Source of the DNA: a virus | Lineage: Duplodnaviria; Caudoviricetes | DNA length: 64,000 nucleotides | Strand: one strand, 5' to 3' | IMG/VR virus record: IMGVR_UViG_3300035208_006985 | Shown here: one piece after another, positions 36,677 through 46,774 of the stretch | Layout of the letters: each line of letters starts with the position of its first letter | Numbering within the stretch: position 1 is the stretch's first letter | Notes under the pieces: generated by a model | Databases searched by the model: none | The model's input: only the letters and a program-made list of their open reading frames with translations | What the model was told of the DNA's origin: nothing | Position numbers and translations under genes: made by a program

Positions 36677-37639
36677 TTAAATCTCCTTTGATATGTTTTT
36701 AGTGTTAATTAGTTCAGTCCAATCACCATCATCTACTTTATACCAAGCCCCAAACCCTTTAGGTAATGTTTTTAAATTAGAGCTTGAGGTTCTATATGCA
36801 TGATCATAAAAATATTGTCGGGTAATTCCTAACTTCTGTAGTATTTTTGTGAGATTTCTTTTGGGTATTACAACTATATCTATAATCTTATTTGAATTTA
36901 TATTAAAATGTTTTACAAACTCATCTCGCTTAACCTTAGATTTGTTATCCGAAGATTCAGCCAAAAATCTAAATTTCCAGACACCATTACTTTTTAACGA
37001 AAGATCTTCATTGATTACACCCACATCACTAAGATCTTTGTAAAGCTTTTTCCATAATACCTTGCCACTTACATTCTCTTGCCTTGCAATACTACTAAGC
37101 TTTACACCACCCAAAACAATCTGCTTAACTATATGCAAAAGATGTGTTGGTATGCTACTCCAAAAATCTATTTCTTTGGTGCAATCTTCAAAAAGATGCA
37201 ATTTGCTTATTAATTCTGAGGATCCGGATATATTATCTATATCATCACAATAAAATATTGTTCTTTTTGATGGGGGATTAAAATTGAAGGTTTTTAAATC
37301 ATAAAAATAATTTTTAATCAGATATGTAAAATTTATTGCAAAATTACTACTGGGTCCATACATAGTAAAGTATTTATAGCAATACTCTTTTATATCTGAA
37401 ACCATATCCTCTTCAGGAATTCTATTGCTGATCTTATAATTAGTCTTTCTAAAGCTTCTTATAGATACTAATATATAGGGCTGAACTAAGCCCCACAAAA
37501 ATATAAATTCAGCACCCATCACGACAAATTTTATTGTAATACCTCCCTCTAAAGTCTCGGGAACACTCAAGGGTTTACAGCAATTACAGGCTGCTAAATT
37601 AATAGAATCAATAAGTTGTTTTTTATCAGCCTCATTCAT
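36677..37639 (-). CDS. Hypothetical protein with two HTH-like segments
   Basis: LSSIARQENVSGKVLWK and LTKILQKLGITRQYFY; own promoter. Confidence 0.55.
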   Translation of the reverse strand: MNEADKKQLIDSINLAACNCCKPLSVPETLEGGITIKFVVMGAEFIFLWGLVQPYILVSIRSFRKTNYKISNRIPEEDMVSDIKEYCYKYFTMYGPSSNFAINFTYLIKNYFYDLKTFNFNPPSKRTIFYCDDIDNISGSSELISKLHLFEDCTKEIDFWSSIPTHLLHIVKQIVLGGVKLSSIARQENVSGKVLWKKLYKDLSDVGVINEDLSLKSNGVWKFRFLAESSDNKSKVKRDEFVKHFNINSNKIIDIVVIPKRNLTKILQKLGITRQYFYDHAYRTSSSNLKTLPKGFGAWYKVDDGDWTELINTKNISKEI

Positions 37640-37648
37640 AACAATTCC

Positions 37649-37677
37649 AATATATAAAATTTAATTACTAAAATCAA
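37649..37677 (-). promoter_or_regulatory. Promoter TTGATT-N17-TATATT
   Basis: Spacer similar to the promoter at 8159-8187. Confidence 0.65.
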
Positions 37678-37713
37678 GGTGGGTGGCAAGCCTCCTGACC
37701 TACCACCCTTACA

Positions 37714-37959
37714 TTATTTACCTACAGGTCTCTTGTCCAGTTTTTTTTCCGCAATCATCTTCTCAATGTCTTCAATGTGCAGACAATCAACAAGGCAAGC
37801 ACTTGTTACTGGTTGTTGAATTGGGGCAATCACACCATTACAATAATCGTTTCCTGCCGTTGCACTGTGCAACACTCCAAACGCCATCACCTTTCCTGCA
37901 AAATCAAGCTGAATAACCTTGTCTCCATTAAACACAATTCTACCATTCCTATAATGCAT
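37714..37959 (-). CDS. Hypothetical protein (MHYRNGR...)
   Basis: AGGAG SD before MHYRNGR. Confidence 0.6.
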   Translation of the reverse strand: MHYRNGRIVFNGDKVIQLDFAGKVMAFGVLHSATAGNDYCNGVIAPIQQPVTSACLVDCLHIEDIEKMIAEKKLDKRPVGK

Positions 37960-38073
37960 AATGTTTCTCCTTTGGGCGGCTTGCACCCCAATACGCACTT
38001 AAGCTGACGAAATTAGCCTAAATGCATTTTGCTTTTGATTAGTTAGTAATACTGCGTTTTCTTCTTCCACAGC

Positions 38074-38595
38074 TTACATAAAAATAGATGTAAACTCAGA
38101 ATAAAGATTTAATAAGGTTTCATACTTTTCATCTACAATTTGTTTGTCTATAATAAAGGCCCAACTACAAATTGCTATCCAATCAGCATAAACATCTATA
38201 CTACCCCTATGCTCTAATAAGACACTTAGTATCCTTCTCTCAAAAGCCTCACATAACTTCTTATATTCTAACAAAGTATATTTTGTCTTTAAATCTAAAC
38301 TAACATTACACTTTTCTAGAAACTCATCATAGTTTTTATTAATCTGATCCTGAAAATTATTCTCTACAAGAATATAAGCATCATGAGTATTAATGCCTTC
38401 CTTTCTAGCTACAAATTGAACAGCATTACCCCCAAAATTGCAAGAAAAGCAATTCCACAAACCCTCTTCATTAAAGGATGCCGATCCAAAGTTCTGGTCA
38501 TCATGGAAAGGACATAAAAATAAAGTCTCCCCCGCAACCTGGATATCCTGCATTTCTATACCATAATGGTCCATAATCTCTAATAAGGAATGCAT
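38074..38595 (-). CDS. Stand-alone CHC2 primase Zn-binding domain protein
   Basis: CPFHDD...WNCFSC..GGNAVQFV. Confidence 0.85.
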   Translation of the reverse strand: MHSLLEIMDHYGIEMQDIQVAGETLFLCPFHDDQNFGSASFNEEGLWNCFSCNFGGNAVQFVARKEGINTHDAYILVENNFQDQINKNYDEFLEKCNVSLDLKTKYTLLEYKKLCEAFERRILSVLLEHRGSIDVYADWIAICSWAFIIDKQIVDEKYETLLNLYSEFTSIFM

Positions 38596-38597
38596 TA

Positions 38598-39950
38598 TTA
38601 CCCGCCCCCAGTTATTTGTTTTGGCTCTTGACTATCTCTTGGAATTGTCTTCATATTTCTATCCCCAACATACTTCCATTCATTATTTATATATAATGAG
38701 AATGTTTTGTTCTTAGGACCATACCTATTCTTTTTAATTGATACATTCAAATTATTACTTCCAGCATCAAACTCACTATCATCCTGCCAAAGATGACAAA
38801 CCAAATGACACACATTTTGAAAATAATGGGATTCTCCAATATGTTCAGTACCCATCTTCTCCTTATCTTTTAATTTTTTACCCTCTCTATTTTCCTGCAT
38901 ACTTCCAATAATAGGTACCCCGTAAGATCGGGCAATACGTCTTAATTCTACGCCTAAATTTTTAAATTTCTCACTGGTATTTCCCCAGGGTGTTAAAGGC
39001 TCCATCTCATTAATATAATCGATTATAGCTACGTCCGGAAACTTACCATACTGAGCTCTATGAAGTTCAAATTCACCTATTATATCAGCAGAGGTGGATT
39101 TATCAGGTATATCTATAATTCTTAAAGGATACTGCTTTTCTGCTATATCAATTAAAGATGACCTATACTCTAAACCCTCTTGACCTAAGTTACCTTTAAT
39201 CATATTATCAAAACTTAATCTGGCATGCCTAGCATCAAGCATATGCTCATAATCATCTATGGCAACCTCAAGAGTAAATACTGTAGTATCTTTTTTCTCT
39301 AAAAAAGCAAAATTATATGCCATATTCAGTTTTGTCATGGTTTTATATGATCCCGATCCAGCATATAATAGCACTATATGTCCGGGACGTAATCCCCCAT
39401 TAGTATATTTGTCAAGCCCCTCCATATTGTAAGGTATTCCAGGTATTTTTCCAGGATCTCTTTCCATCTCACGATAATACTCCCAGCGTTCTCTAGCCGA
39501 CTCATAAATCCACCTACGCTCACGATGTCCTGCCTCTAAAGGACTTACTAAACCTGATAAAGATGTAATATTCTGTCTGACAATCTCACCTATATTAGAA
39601 CTCTTAATACCCGCCCTAACATTTTCTGCAACCTCTACTAATTTTCTTCTTGTATACATTGTAAATAAATCTTGTAACCTTACACGCAACTCCGATAAAT
39701 CTGGCTCCACATGCTCAATCTCTTTAATAAATAATTTAACATCAGGATCTTCAGACTTATCTACAACAATATTGACTGTAGGATAAACAGAGTAGGGGGG
39801 CTTTAAAAAATTAGAAAATTCTTGGTAGGCTTTTATAGTGATCTCATGATCAAGCCAAGAAATGGGTATATTTCTCCAAAAATTGGGACCCTTTAAACAT
39901 GCCGCTAAAACATAACACTCTGTTGCATAATCTCGAAACTCTTGATTCAT
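38598..39950 (-). CDS. DnaB-like replicative helicase
   Basis: LDKYTNGGLRPG, AGSGSYKT, FTLE, IIDYI, SMQENR, KNRYGP. Confidence 0.88.
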   Translation of the reverse strand: MNQEFRDYATECYVLAACLKGPNFWRNIPISWLDHEITIKAYQEFSNFLKPPYSVYPTVNIVVDKSEDPDVKLFIKEIEHVEPDLSELRVRLQDLFTMYTRRKLVEVAENVRAGIKSSNIGEIVRQNITSLSGLVSPLEAGHRERRWIYESARERWEYYREMERDPGKIPGIPYNMEGLDKYTNGGLRPGHIVLLYAGSGSYKTMTKLNMAYNFAFLEKKDTTVFTLEVAIDDYEHMLDARHARLSFDNMIKGNLGQEGLEYRSSLIDIAEKQYPLRIIDIPDKSTSADIIGEFELHRAQYGKFPDVAIIDYINEMEPLTPWGNTSEKFKNLGVELRRIARSYGVPIIGSMQENREGKKLKDKEKMGTEHIGESHYFQNVCHLVCHLWQDDSEFDAGSNNLNVSIKKNRYGPKNKTFSLYINNEWKYVGDRNMKTIPRDSQEPKQITGGG

Positions 39951-39968
39951 AAATCTTTCTATTGTTTA

Positions 39969-40397
39969 TTACTTTATGGATTTATTACTATGAAATATTA
40001 CAATCATGCTATCATGTTTACCTTTATTCTTTGTAGTGTATTCACCCTTAGTATTATATCCTTTAAATGCTACTCTACCCTTTAAAAATCTTATTTCTGC
40101 ATTTGGTAGAATCAACTCATGAAATTGCTTTGTTCCTGTTGCTGCGGGAATTAATAATACGCAAGTTTTTCCTTTCTTCCATTGCTCATAAGCTTTCTGA
40201 ATAAACTTCGGCTTATCTTTCCTATTATAGGGTGGATTCACAAAATTGGATTTTCCCCACTCGAGAGAGAGACCATCAAAATCAGCATTTAAAGGACAGG
40301 GATCAAAATCAAAATGAAATTCATTATCTAATTGCTTGTATAACCAATCCGGTGTCTCCCAATTATCGTTATTTACTAACCCATCCCTATTTTTCAT
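39969..40397 (-). CDS. Phage N6-adenine DNA methyltransferase
   Basis: WETP, FDFDPC, DGL...W, FVNPPY, IRFLKGRV. Confidence 0.88.
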   Translation of the reverse strand: MKNRDGLVNNDNWETPDWLYKQLDNEFHFDFDPCPLNADFDGLSLEWGKSNFVNPPYNRKDKPKFIQKAYEQWKKGKTCVLLIPAATGTKQFHELILPNAEIRFLKGRVAFKGYNTKGEYTTKNKGKHDSMIVIFHSNKSIK

Positions 40398-41160
40398 AGT
40401 TCTTGCCTGATAATAACATTTTCTGCGCTTTTGTGGCCGATCTATAACTTTCGCCCACCATAGTAACAGGAACTAACTCATTAAATCTATCCACCACATT
40501 TTTAGCCTGGGACTCTTCTAAATGCTTTTTATCCACATTAGAAACAATTATAAGTGATATGTTCCTATTATACAGGTTATTAAAAAATTCATTAACCCAA
40601 GTTCCTGTAATAGAGTGCATATCTGCAGCTTTATTATCTTTCTCGATCTCATCCACCATTAAAAGTTCTACTTTCTCCTCCATCCAAGTAATTATGTCCT
40701 CACTATCCTTAGTATCTATACTTCCCCTTAGTAAGTTTGAAATACTAGACATTCTTGTAGAATAGCATATAATATCTTGTTTTATAGCCTCCTTCATAAT
40801 CCAATACGCTGAGGCAGACTTGGCAGTACCTCCCACACCCTGAATGTAAAGTCCCAAACCTTGCTGCACCATGTTTTTTATATCTTTACCATATCTATTA
40901 AGTATTTTAATAGACTTATCATTTTCATCCTTAAATTTCTTTACTAAATCTTTTTCAAGATCAAACTCCCAATAACGCTTAGGTATTCCAGCATTGAGCA
41001 TTTTTATAGTCCACTTAAACTTTTCCATACACTTACAATCTAGTATGTTACTATCCTGTAAGATGCCTCCGGAACCGTCACACCCACAGTCATGACCTAT
41101 AGTACTGGACCTAACCTCATTTACCTGATCTGTCGTAAGCCAAATTCTTTGTCGATCCAT
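40387..41160 (-). CDS. DnaC/IstB-like AAA+ helicase loader
   Basis: CGCDGSG...C.C, AGIPKRY, GLYIQGVGGTAKS, LLMVDEI, IVSN, VGESYR. Confidence 0.82.
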   Translation of the reverse strand: MDRQRIWLTTDQVNEVRSSTIGHDCGCDGSGGILQDSNILDCKCMEKFKWTIKMLNAGIPKRYWEFDLEKDLVKKFKDENDKSIKILNRYGKDIKNMVQQGLGLYIQGVGGTAKSASAYWIMKEAIKQDIICYSTRMSSISNLLRGSIDTKDSEDIITWMEEKVELLMVDEIEKDNKAADMHSITGTWVNEFFNNLYNRNISLIIVSNVDKKHLEESQAKNVVDRFNELVPVTMVGESYRSATKAQKMLLSGKNYEK

Positions 41161-41660
41161 TAATCTGAATCCTCATCTTTTACGTCCTTAATATCGACTA
41201 TGGGAACTTCATACCATTTACCCCAAAATATCTTTACACCAAAAGGTACTTCTTCTCTTTGTCTAACCTGTAACTTAGTTGTACCCTTATTAGTATCTGC
41301 TATAATACGAAATTCATATGTCACTATTCACCTCATTTTGTCCATTATAATATCTATTTCCGGAGCACCACATCTTTCACACCAAATTACCTTTCTAGTA
41401 ACCATTTCAATTTTCTTTTTACCCCCAACCCAATATCTAAACTCTGCATCATATGTTTTGGGTTTATGACCAAATAGTTTACATAATAAATATTTCAATT
41501 TCATATCTTTAATCCGTATTTTTTACGCAACTTCCTACTACGAGCTATATATTCTCCATCTCGACCTTTAGGATATCTTCCATCCTCAAGCTTCTTTTGA
41601 ATTTTATCTAATAACCTGTTCCTTTTTCTACGCTGATGTGAATTCATTTTTTATAAACCC

Positions 41661-41996
41661 CTAAATAAAATCTTCAATAAAAACATAAAAATATAAATCT
41701 TTTTCTTTATCATACAAACATTTACACTTTGCAGAAGGCATATCTGAGGGGTAATATTTATCTGTTCTTTTAAGCAATCGAAATGTCTCCGAAGGCACCC
41801 TTAAATAATTTGATTTATCAGTAATAACCTTTCGCTCACCCTGATAAGTAGCTTGTTGAAAGCATCTCCTAACTACCTCTTTAGCCATTTTATAATCCAA
41901 CACCAATAAACCATTCGGATACTCATTAACTGCAAAAGTTTTAGCATTTTCTTGCCAATGAACATTAAAAACCTTTTCCCAATCGTTTAAACCCAT
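41661..41996 (-). CDS. Hypothetical protein
   Basis: Packed ORF. Confidence 0.55.
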   Translation of the reverse strand: MGLNDWEKVFNVHWQENAKTFAVNEYPNGLLVLDYKMAKEVVRRCFQQATYQGERKVITDKSNYLRVPSETFRLLKRTDKYYPSDMPSAKCKCLYDKEKDLYFYVFIEDFI

Positions 41997-42433
41997 AAAT
42001 ACCCCCTAATTTCAATAATTTTAAGTAAAATTTCTTGGTCTCTCTTTTCCACAAACTCTTCTGAGGGCAAAAGTTTATTCCAGTATTTCTTAGACTTAGT
42101 TTCTGCCCACTTATGTAAATTATGTTCATACTTCTTTTTAGCCACAGCTCGATCCTTAGTAATCCATTTATAAGACTCCTTTATGGCTTCTGCAGCCTTA
42201 ATAATACCCTCATCAGTAGTCCAATCAGTATATTTAAATGGCTCTTCCTTTTCAACAAAATCTACCAATAGTTTAAATACTGCCAACCTAATAAGTTCAT
42301 CCTTATCACACCAAGTAGGGGATATGTCTAAAAATATTATATTACTTGGATATCTCCAGGCTTTCAACCAGTCCCACCAATTTTGCAACTTGTAAATAAA
42401 TGAAATGCCTCTTGTTTCTGGAAAGATACTCAT
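41987..42433 (-). CDS. Hypothetical protein
   Basis: Packed ORF with AGGAG SD. Confidence 0.6.
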   Translation of the reverse strand: MSIFPETRGISFIYKLQNWWDWLKAWRYPSNIIFLDISPTWCDKDELIRLAVFKLLVDFVEKEEPFKYTDWTTDEGIIKAAEAIKESYKWITKDRAVAKKKYEHNLHKWAETKSKKYWNKLLPSEEFVEKRDQEILLKIIEIRGYLWV

Positions 42434-42435
42434 AT

Positions 42436-42783
42436 TTACTCCTTTGGAATTAAAGCTTGATTAGCAATTTTCTCATTTAAAGCATTGTTTACAATTATAT
42501 AATGTGGCATACTTTTAATATGTTCTTTTAAGGCCTCAAACATAATTTTAGTATGCTCAGGTTTATTATCATCAAGTTGCACCCAAGGTCTGCCATCAGA
42601 ATATATACCCAAACAAATGAAATGCTCACTTTTACGAAGCCAGTCTATAAGATCATTCGTTTGAATTTCTTCATTAAACATCCCCCTATAAACATTATAT
42701 TGGTCTCTAATTTCTTTAGATCTAAAAATATCTATACAAATTTTAAGTTTTTGTATTAAGCTTTTCATATCAAAAACCCTCAT
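42436..42783 (-). CDS. Hypothetical protein
   Basis: Packed ORF. Confidence 0.55.
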   Translation of the reverse strand: MRVFDMKSLIQKLKICIDIFRSKEIRDQYNVYRGMFNEEIQTNDLIDWLRKSEHFICLGIYSDGRPWVQLDDNKPEHTKIMFEALKEHIKSMPHYIIVNNALNEKIANQALIPKE

Positions 42784-43160
42784 AAGCTTTTAAAAAAGTC
42801 ATTACTATTATATAGTTCATCCCGCTGGGCTACAAAATATTCGTTAGACAGCTCCGGAGATTTTTGATACATATTATAAACTCTCTCACTTACAATACTA
42901 CCAAATACAGGAACAAATTTATTTTTAAGAAAAGCCTTAGAAAACAATGTATCTATAAAGCACTTATACTCTTGATTTGATACCCTAAGCTTTAATCTAA
43001 ACCCCTTTATTCGTGATAAATAAGCTCTCCAAGCCAGTGGAGGTATAAGTAGCCCCCCATTCCCAGCCCCCTTAAGACTATCAGAAAAGTATAAAAGAAA
43101 GTCTTTATTGCTCCACTGATCTAAAGGCTTCTGTTCTTTTTCTATCAGCTTTACTAACAT
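42780..43160 (-). CDS. Hypothetical protein
   Basis: Packed ORF upstream of the loader and helicase. Confidence 0.6.
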   Translation of the reverse strand: MLVKLIEKEQKPLDQWSNKDFLLYFSDSLKGAGNGGLLIPPLAWRAYLSRIKGFRLKLRVSNQEYKCFIDTLFSKAFLKNKFVPVFGSIVSERVYNMYQKSPELSNEYFVAQRDELYNSNDFFKSL

Positions 43161-43357
43161 TTTGGTCTTTCAATATTGGTCATACTAATTTTCTTACATT
43201 GTGACAGTTTAATATCCTGATGCTTATCGGCCCCGGTTATCTCCCTGCCGTCCTCTGTTGTAACCAGCAAAGATAAAATTTCATCTCCTTGAAAACCGTT
43301 TACATGGCCATATAATACTGTATCATCTTTTAAAGTAATCTTAGTTCGCATTAACAT
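43154..43357 (-). CDS. Small protein, possibly Sm-like fold
   Basis: ITLKDDTVLYGHVNGF...IKLSQCKKI pattern. Confidence 0.4.
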   Translation of the reverse strand: MLMRTKITLKDDTVLYGHVNGFQGDEILSLLVTTEDGREITGADKHQDIKLSQCKKISMTNIERPKC

Positions 43358-43539
43358 ACTACATACCTCTTAATAAGTTTATTATATCTATTGCAAATTT
43401 CATTACGAAGCTGATCAATACTTTCACCCGTTATTCTTTGTTGGTACATATCACAATAAGGATCATAATGTTGAGCTTTAACAGCAAGTTCGAACTCTTT
43501 AATAAGTTCTAGAAATTTCAATTCAGACATTAATTTCAT
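43351..43539 (-). CDS. Hypothetical protein
   Basis: ATGA overlap with the helicase stop. Confidence 0.5.
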   Translation of the reverse strand: MKLMSELKFLELIKEFELAVKAQHYDPYCDMYQQRITGESIDQLRNEICNRYNKLIKRYVVC

Positions 43540-45062
43540 TCTTCTAACTCCCTCGCTAATTCTTCTATTGTATTTTTACTTACATCACGTTTAATTAATT
43601 CAAATTCAGGTTCCGACTCATATATCTGCAATCTTCTTTTTGAGTGCTTTGAAAGATACCTAACATCATGATAAAAGTCAATAATACCACAGGATATTTT
43701 TCCCTCTGCAGCAGTAATTGATCGCATACGCTGTAAAGTGGATATATTACTAAGACCCCCGGCAGCATTTATTGTAAAATCCAAAGAAACCAGATCAATC
43801 CCCTCCTCGAACAATGTAGAAACACAACACATAACCTCTTTATCCCTTATCTTTTGAATAACATCTATACGTCTATCTGTTTTATCTTTTCCTGTCAACA
43901 TTACAGAATCTTTAATAGCCTTATGTAAAACATTAGCATGATATATTGTATCTGTTTGAATTATTACAGACTTTCCTTTATTATTTAAAGATTTGACTAT
44001 AAGATCAATTAAACCTATAAAAAATTTATTCTCTACCACAGCCTGCTTATATACAGTAGGATAGGCGGCATCAATATCAAATTTAGGCAATTTATAGAAA
44101 TAAATGGTAGGTCTTAACAAGAATCCCTCTCTTATCAACTCTGAATAGGAAACAGAATGAATAACATCCCCAACACTTTCCTCTACCAGCATATCCTCAT
44201 CCTTTTCAGCAAATGGTGTAGCTGTAAGACCTATTTTCAATTCTGCAGCAGTACACTTTGCTAAAATAAATTTGGCTGTATTTGAACCCCCATGATGGCA
44301 CTCGTCTAGAAACACTAATTTAGCCTTTTTCAACAAAATCTGAATTTGGATCTTTTGCTTCTTCTCAATTGGAAGTTCCTTATCTAAATCCTTTTCTTTT
44401 AATTCCTCGCTATATGCTGCAAAAGCACTTTGAACTGTAATAATAGTTACATCTTGAATATCTACCTTACCATCCCCCACTATACCCACAGAAACATCTG
44501 GCAAAAATTGCTTAACACGATCCATAGTTTGATATGCTAGATCGAGACTTCTACATAAAAAAACTACAGGAAATTTACGTTCAGAATCTACCATAGCAAT
44601 AAATAGCATGGTCTTACCGGACCTCATCGGAGCTCTGAGTATGCCAAAACGCTTTATTAAACAATTTTGAACAGCTAATAGCTGATAAGGTCTTAATTGA
44701 TAGGTATTAGATCTTTGAACAAATTGTGTAGGCTCCGATTTCCCAATAACATTAATTGTACAACCATGCCTCTGTAAAATATCAATAACACGATTAAGAA
44801 GGCCTATACGAAATGATTTAGACTTGGGATGGTATAGATGATACTGCCCATCCCACTGATGATTTTGAAACTTAGGTGAAAAGAAATAATTTTCTGCAAA
44901 AAAGGAGAGTTCTGAATATATTATTGCTTCCAATTCTGGGGGTAGCTCTGTAAGAAAACTACACCAAACAGAATAGAATTGAATATCTACTGCTAAATTA
45001 AACTGTTGATTTTTATTCTCAAGAATTTCTTCTTCAGATTGCTCAAAGTTTATAACTGGCAT
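43536..45062 (-). CDS. SF2 helicase, UvsW-like
   Basis: LRPYQ, PMRSGKT, DECHH, GLTATP, EGID, QRMR. Confidence 0.88.
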   Translation of the reverse strand: MPVINFEQSEEEILENKNQQFNLAVDIQFYSVWCSFLTELPPELEAIIYSELSFFAENYFFSPKFQNHQWDGQYHLYHPKSKSFRIGLLNRVIDILQRHGCTINVIGKSEPTQFVQRSNTYQLRPYQLLAVQNCLIKRFGILRAPMRSGKTMLFIAMVDSERKFPVVFLCRSLDLAYQTMDRVKQFLPDVSVGIVGDGKVDIQDVTIITVQSAFAAYSEELKEKDLDKELPIEKKQKIQIQILLKKAKLVFLDECHHGGSNTAKFILAKCTAAELKIGLTATPFAEKDEDMLVEESVGDVIHSVSYSELIREGFLLRPTIYFYKLPKFDIDAAYPTVYKQAVVENKFFIGLIDLIVKSLNNKGKSVIIQTDTIYHANVLHKAIKDSVMLTGKDKTDRRIDVIQKIRDKEVMCCVSTLFEEGIDLVSLDFTINAAGGLSNISTLQRMRSITAAEGKISCGIIDFYHDVRYLSKHSKRRLQIYESEPEFELIKRDVSKNTIEELARELEE

Positions 45063-45136
45063 AAAAATAACTTATTCCTTAATAAAAAAAGTGAAATCAG
45101 ACTGATAAATTAGCTACACAGTTCTAACCCCACTTT

Positions 45137-45165
45137 AATATAAACAAATTATATTTACTTGTCAA
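45137..45165 (-). promoter_or_regulatory. Promoter TTGACA-N17-TATATT
   Basis: Consensus -35 with the recurring -10. Confidence 0.7.
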
Positions 45166-45499
45166 CATTTAAAACAAAAACTTTTATACCTTTTTTATTT
45201 GCTAAATCTATGGTATGTGCAGTTCCTTTGCTACCATTTGTTACTGCTATTAACGCCTCTGCATAATCCACCATCTCTGCATTCCTAATATACCCTGCAG
45301 ATTTACCCCGCTCCTCCCACTGTGCAAAAAACTGTTTTAATGGTACATGATTTTCTTTTGCCCAAATTTCACCCGCTCGATCCACTCCCCGAGCAGCACC
45401 AGAAATTACTTCTGTAATTTCAAATCCGCTTTGTTGAATGGCATCGCAAACTAACATATAATCCACAATGTCTCTGGATCCCGCAATAATTGTTTTCAT
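45155..45499 (-). CDS. YspA/SLOG-family protein
   Basis: IIAGSR, ISGAARGVD, GKSAGYIRNAEM, SKGT. Confidence 0.85.
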   Translation of the reverse strand: MKTIIAGSRDIVDYMLVCDAIQQSGFEITEVISGAARGVDRAGEIWAKENHVPLKQFFAQWEERGKSAGYIRNAEMVDYAEALIAVTNGSKGTAHTIDLANKKGIKVFVLNVDK

Positions 45500-45774
45500 T
45501 TTTTTAACTTGGGTAAGGTAAACACGTGCGTAATTTTATGAATAGGTTCACCGTAAACATTATAAACCCAACCAGATTTCTGAAGACCAGATTTTTTATT
45601 TAATATTTTATCCACTACAAAGTTACAGGACCAACTTGCTGGAGGTAGAGCATCCAAACCCTCCGCAATATTCCCATGAATAGAGTGGCTAACAACTATA
45701 GCAGTCTCTCCGCCCTTTAAAGCCACAATATTATTTACCTTTAGATCCTGACCCTCATATTTCTTCCAGCCCAT
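45496..45774 (-). CDS. Hypothetical protein
   Basis: Packed ORF. Confidence 0.55.
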   Translation of the reverse strand: MGWKKYEGQDLKVNNIVALKGGETAIVVSHSIHGNIAEGLDALPPASWSCNFVVDKILNKKSGLQKSGWVYNVYGEPIHKITHVFTLPKLKK

Positions 45775-45783
45775 AACCAGCCC

Positions 45784-46116
45784 CTATATTTTAGGTGGAA
45801 AAAGAATCCAACCCACATTTTTTAATTCAAATAAGATTTGAGATACATTTATATCTGTAGGCTCAACATCTACAGAACCTTCAGCAGACATTGGTGAAGT
45901 GTTTCGAGCTACAGAATTTGCTAAACCATCCAAAGCCGTAGCAGATGGAGATTCCGGAACAGGTATAATAGTAAAACCAAGGGAATCTATAGCCCCTAAA
46001 ACCTCATTAAGAAAGGACTCACTTAATGGGTTTCGATCCATTGTTACTAATGCGTTATCCAATCTGAGGGATAATTCTTTTTGTAAATCTTGAATATTTA
46101 TCATAAAAACCTCCAT
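45784..46116 (-). CDS. Hypothetical protein
   Basis: Packed ORF. Confidence 0.55.
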   Translation of the reverse strand: MEVFMINIQDLQKELSLRLDNALVTMDRNPLSESFLNEVLGAIDSLGFTIIPVPESPSATALDGLANSVARNTSPMSAEGSVDVEPTDINVSQILFELKNVGWILFPPKI

Positions 46117-46760
46117 TAAAAAGTTGTTTGAATGTTCACTACTCTATTGTTTAATGCATCCCTACCACTTAACTCTACATAACCCTTAATCTTCTTTTGT
46201 TTAAAGTATTTTTTAACCCTGCTAAAAACATCCTGTAAACTTACTACATCAGTTTCTTTATCTTGCCAAAAAGCTGCCTGAGGAAACATATCAAATTTAG
46301 TTAATTTTTGTACCCAATCTAACATATCTTCGAATGATTCTAATGTAGTGATTTTTAACATCAAACGCAAGTTAGACTGAGTTCCAGATAACTCCGATAT
46401 CCGAATAGGCATATCTACACCTATATAAGATTTAGGCCCCAAAGACCTATCATATATGTAACTGCAAAGCATGGGAAAATAGCTTTTAGTATGCTTTGTA
46501 GTTATTCTTTCCATCATAAGGTCAAATTGAAAGTAGAATTTCCTTACAGAATATTGCAATTTCAGTGTATCAAGAAGTTTCTCAATACAATCTATAGAAC
46601 AAACAGATCCTCCATAAGGATAAATTTTATCACTAATTTCTATAGCATCTACTGAACCAGCAACCTCCACAGATATTGAGACTATAACATCTGTATGCCC
46701 CTTACCCCTTTTTGAATAGGTCATGGGTATTTTAATGTTATCAATTCGTGCTATATTCAT
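46116..46760 (-). CDS. Degenerate GTP cyclohydrolase FolE2-like (T-fold) protein
   Basis: Motif order resembles FolE2 (IDNIKIP, FQFDLMMER, VDMP..IS..G.QS, FEDML, LQDVF); catalytic CPCS and ESIH are absent. Confidence 0.4.
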   Translation of the reverse strand: MNIARIDNIKIPMTYSKRGKGHTDVIVSISVEVAGSVDAIEISDKIYPYGGSVCSIDCIEKLLDTLKLQYSVRKFYFQFDLMMERITTKHTKSYFPMLCSYIYDRSLGPKSYIGVDMPIRISELSGTQSNLRLMLKITTLESFEDMLDWVQKLTKFDMFPQAAFWQDKETDVVSLQDVFSRVKKYFKQKKIKGYVELSGRDALNNRVVNIQTTF

Positions 46761-46774
46761 AGTCATCCTTAATA

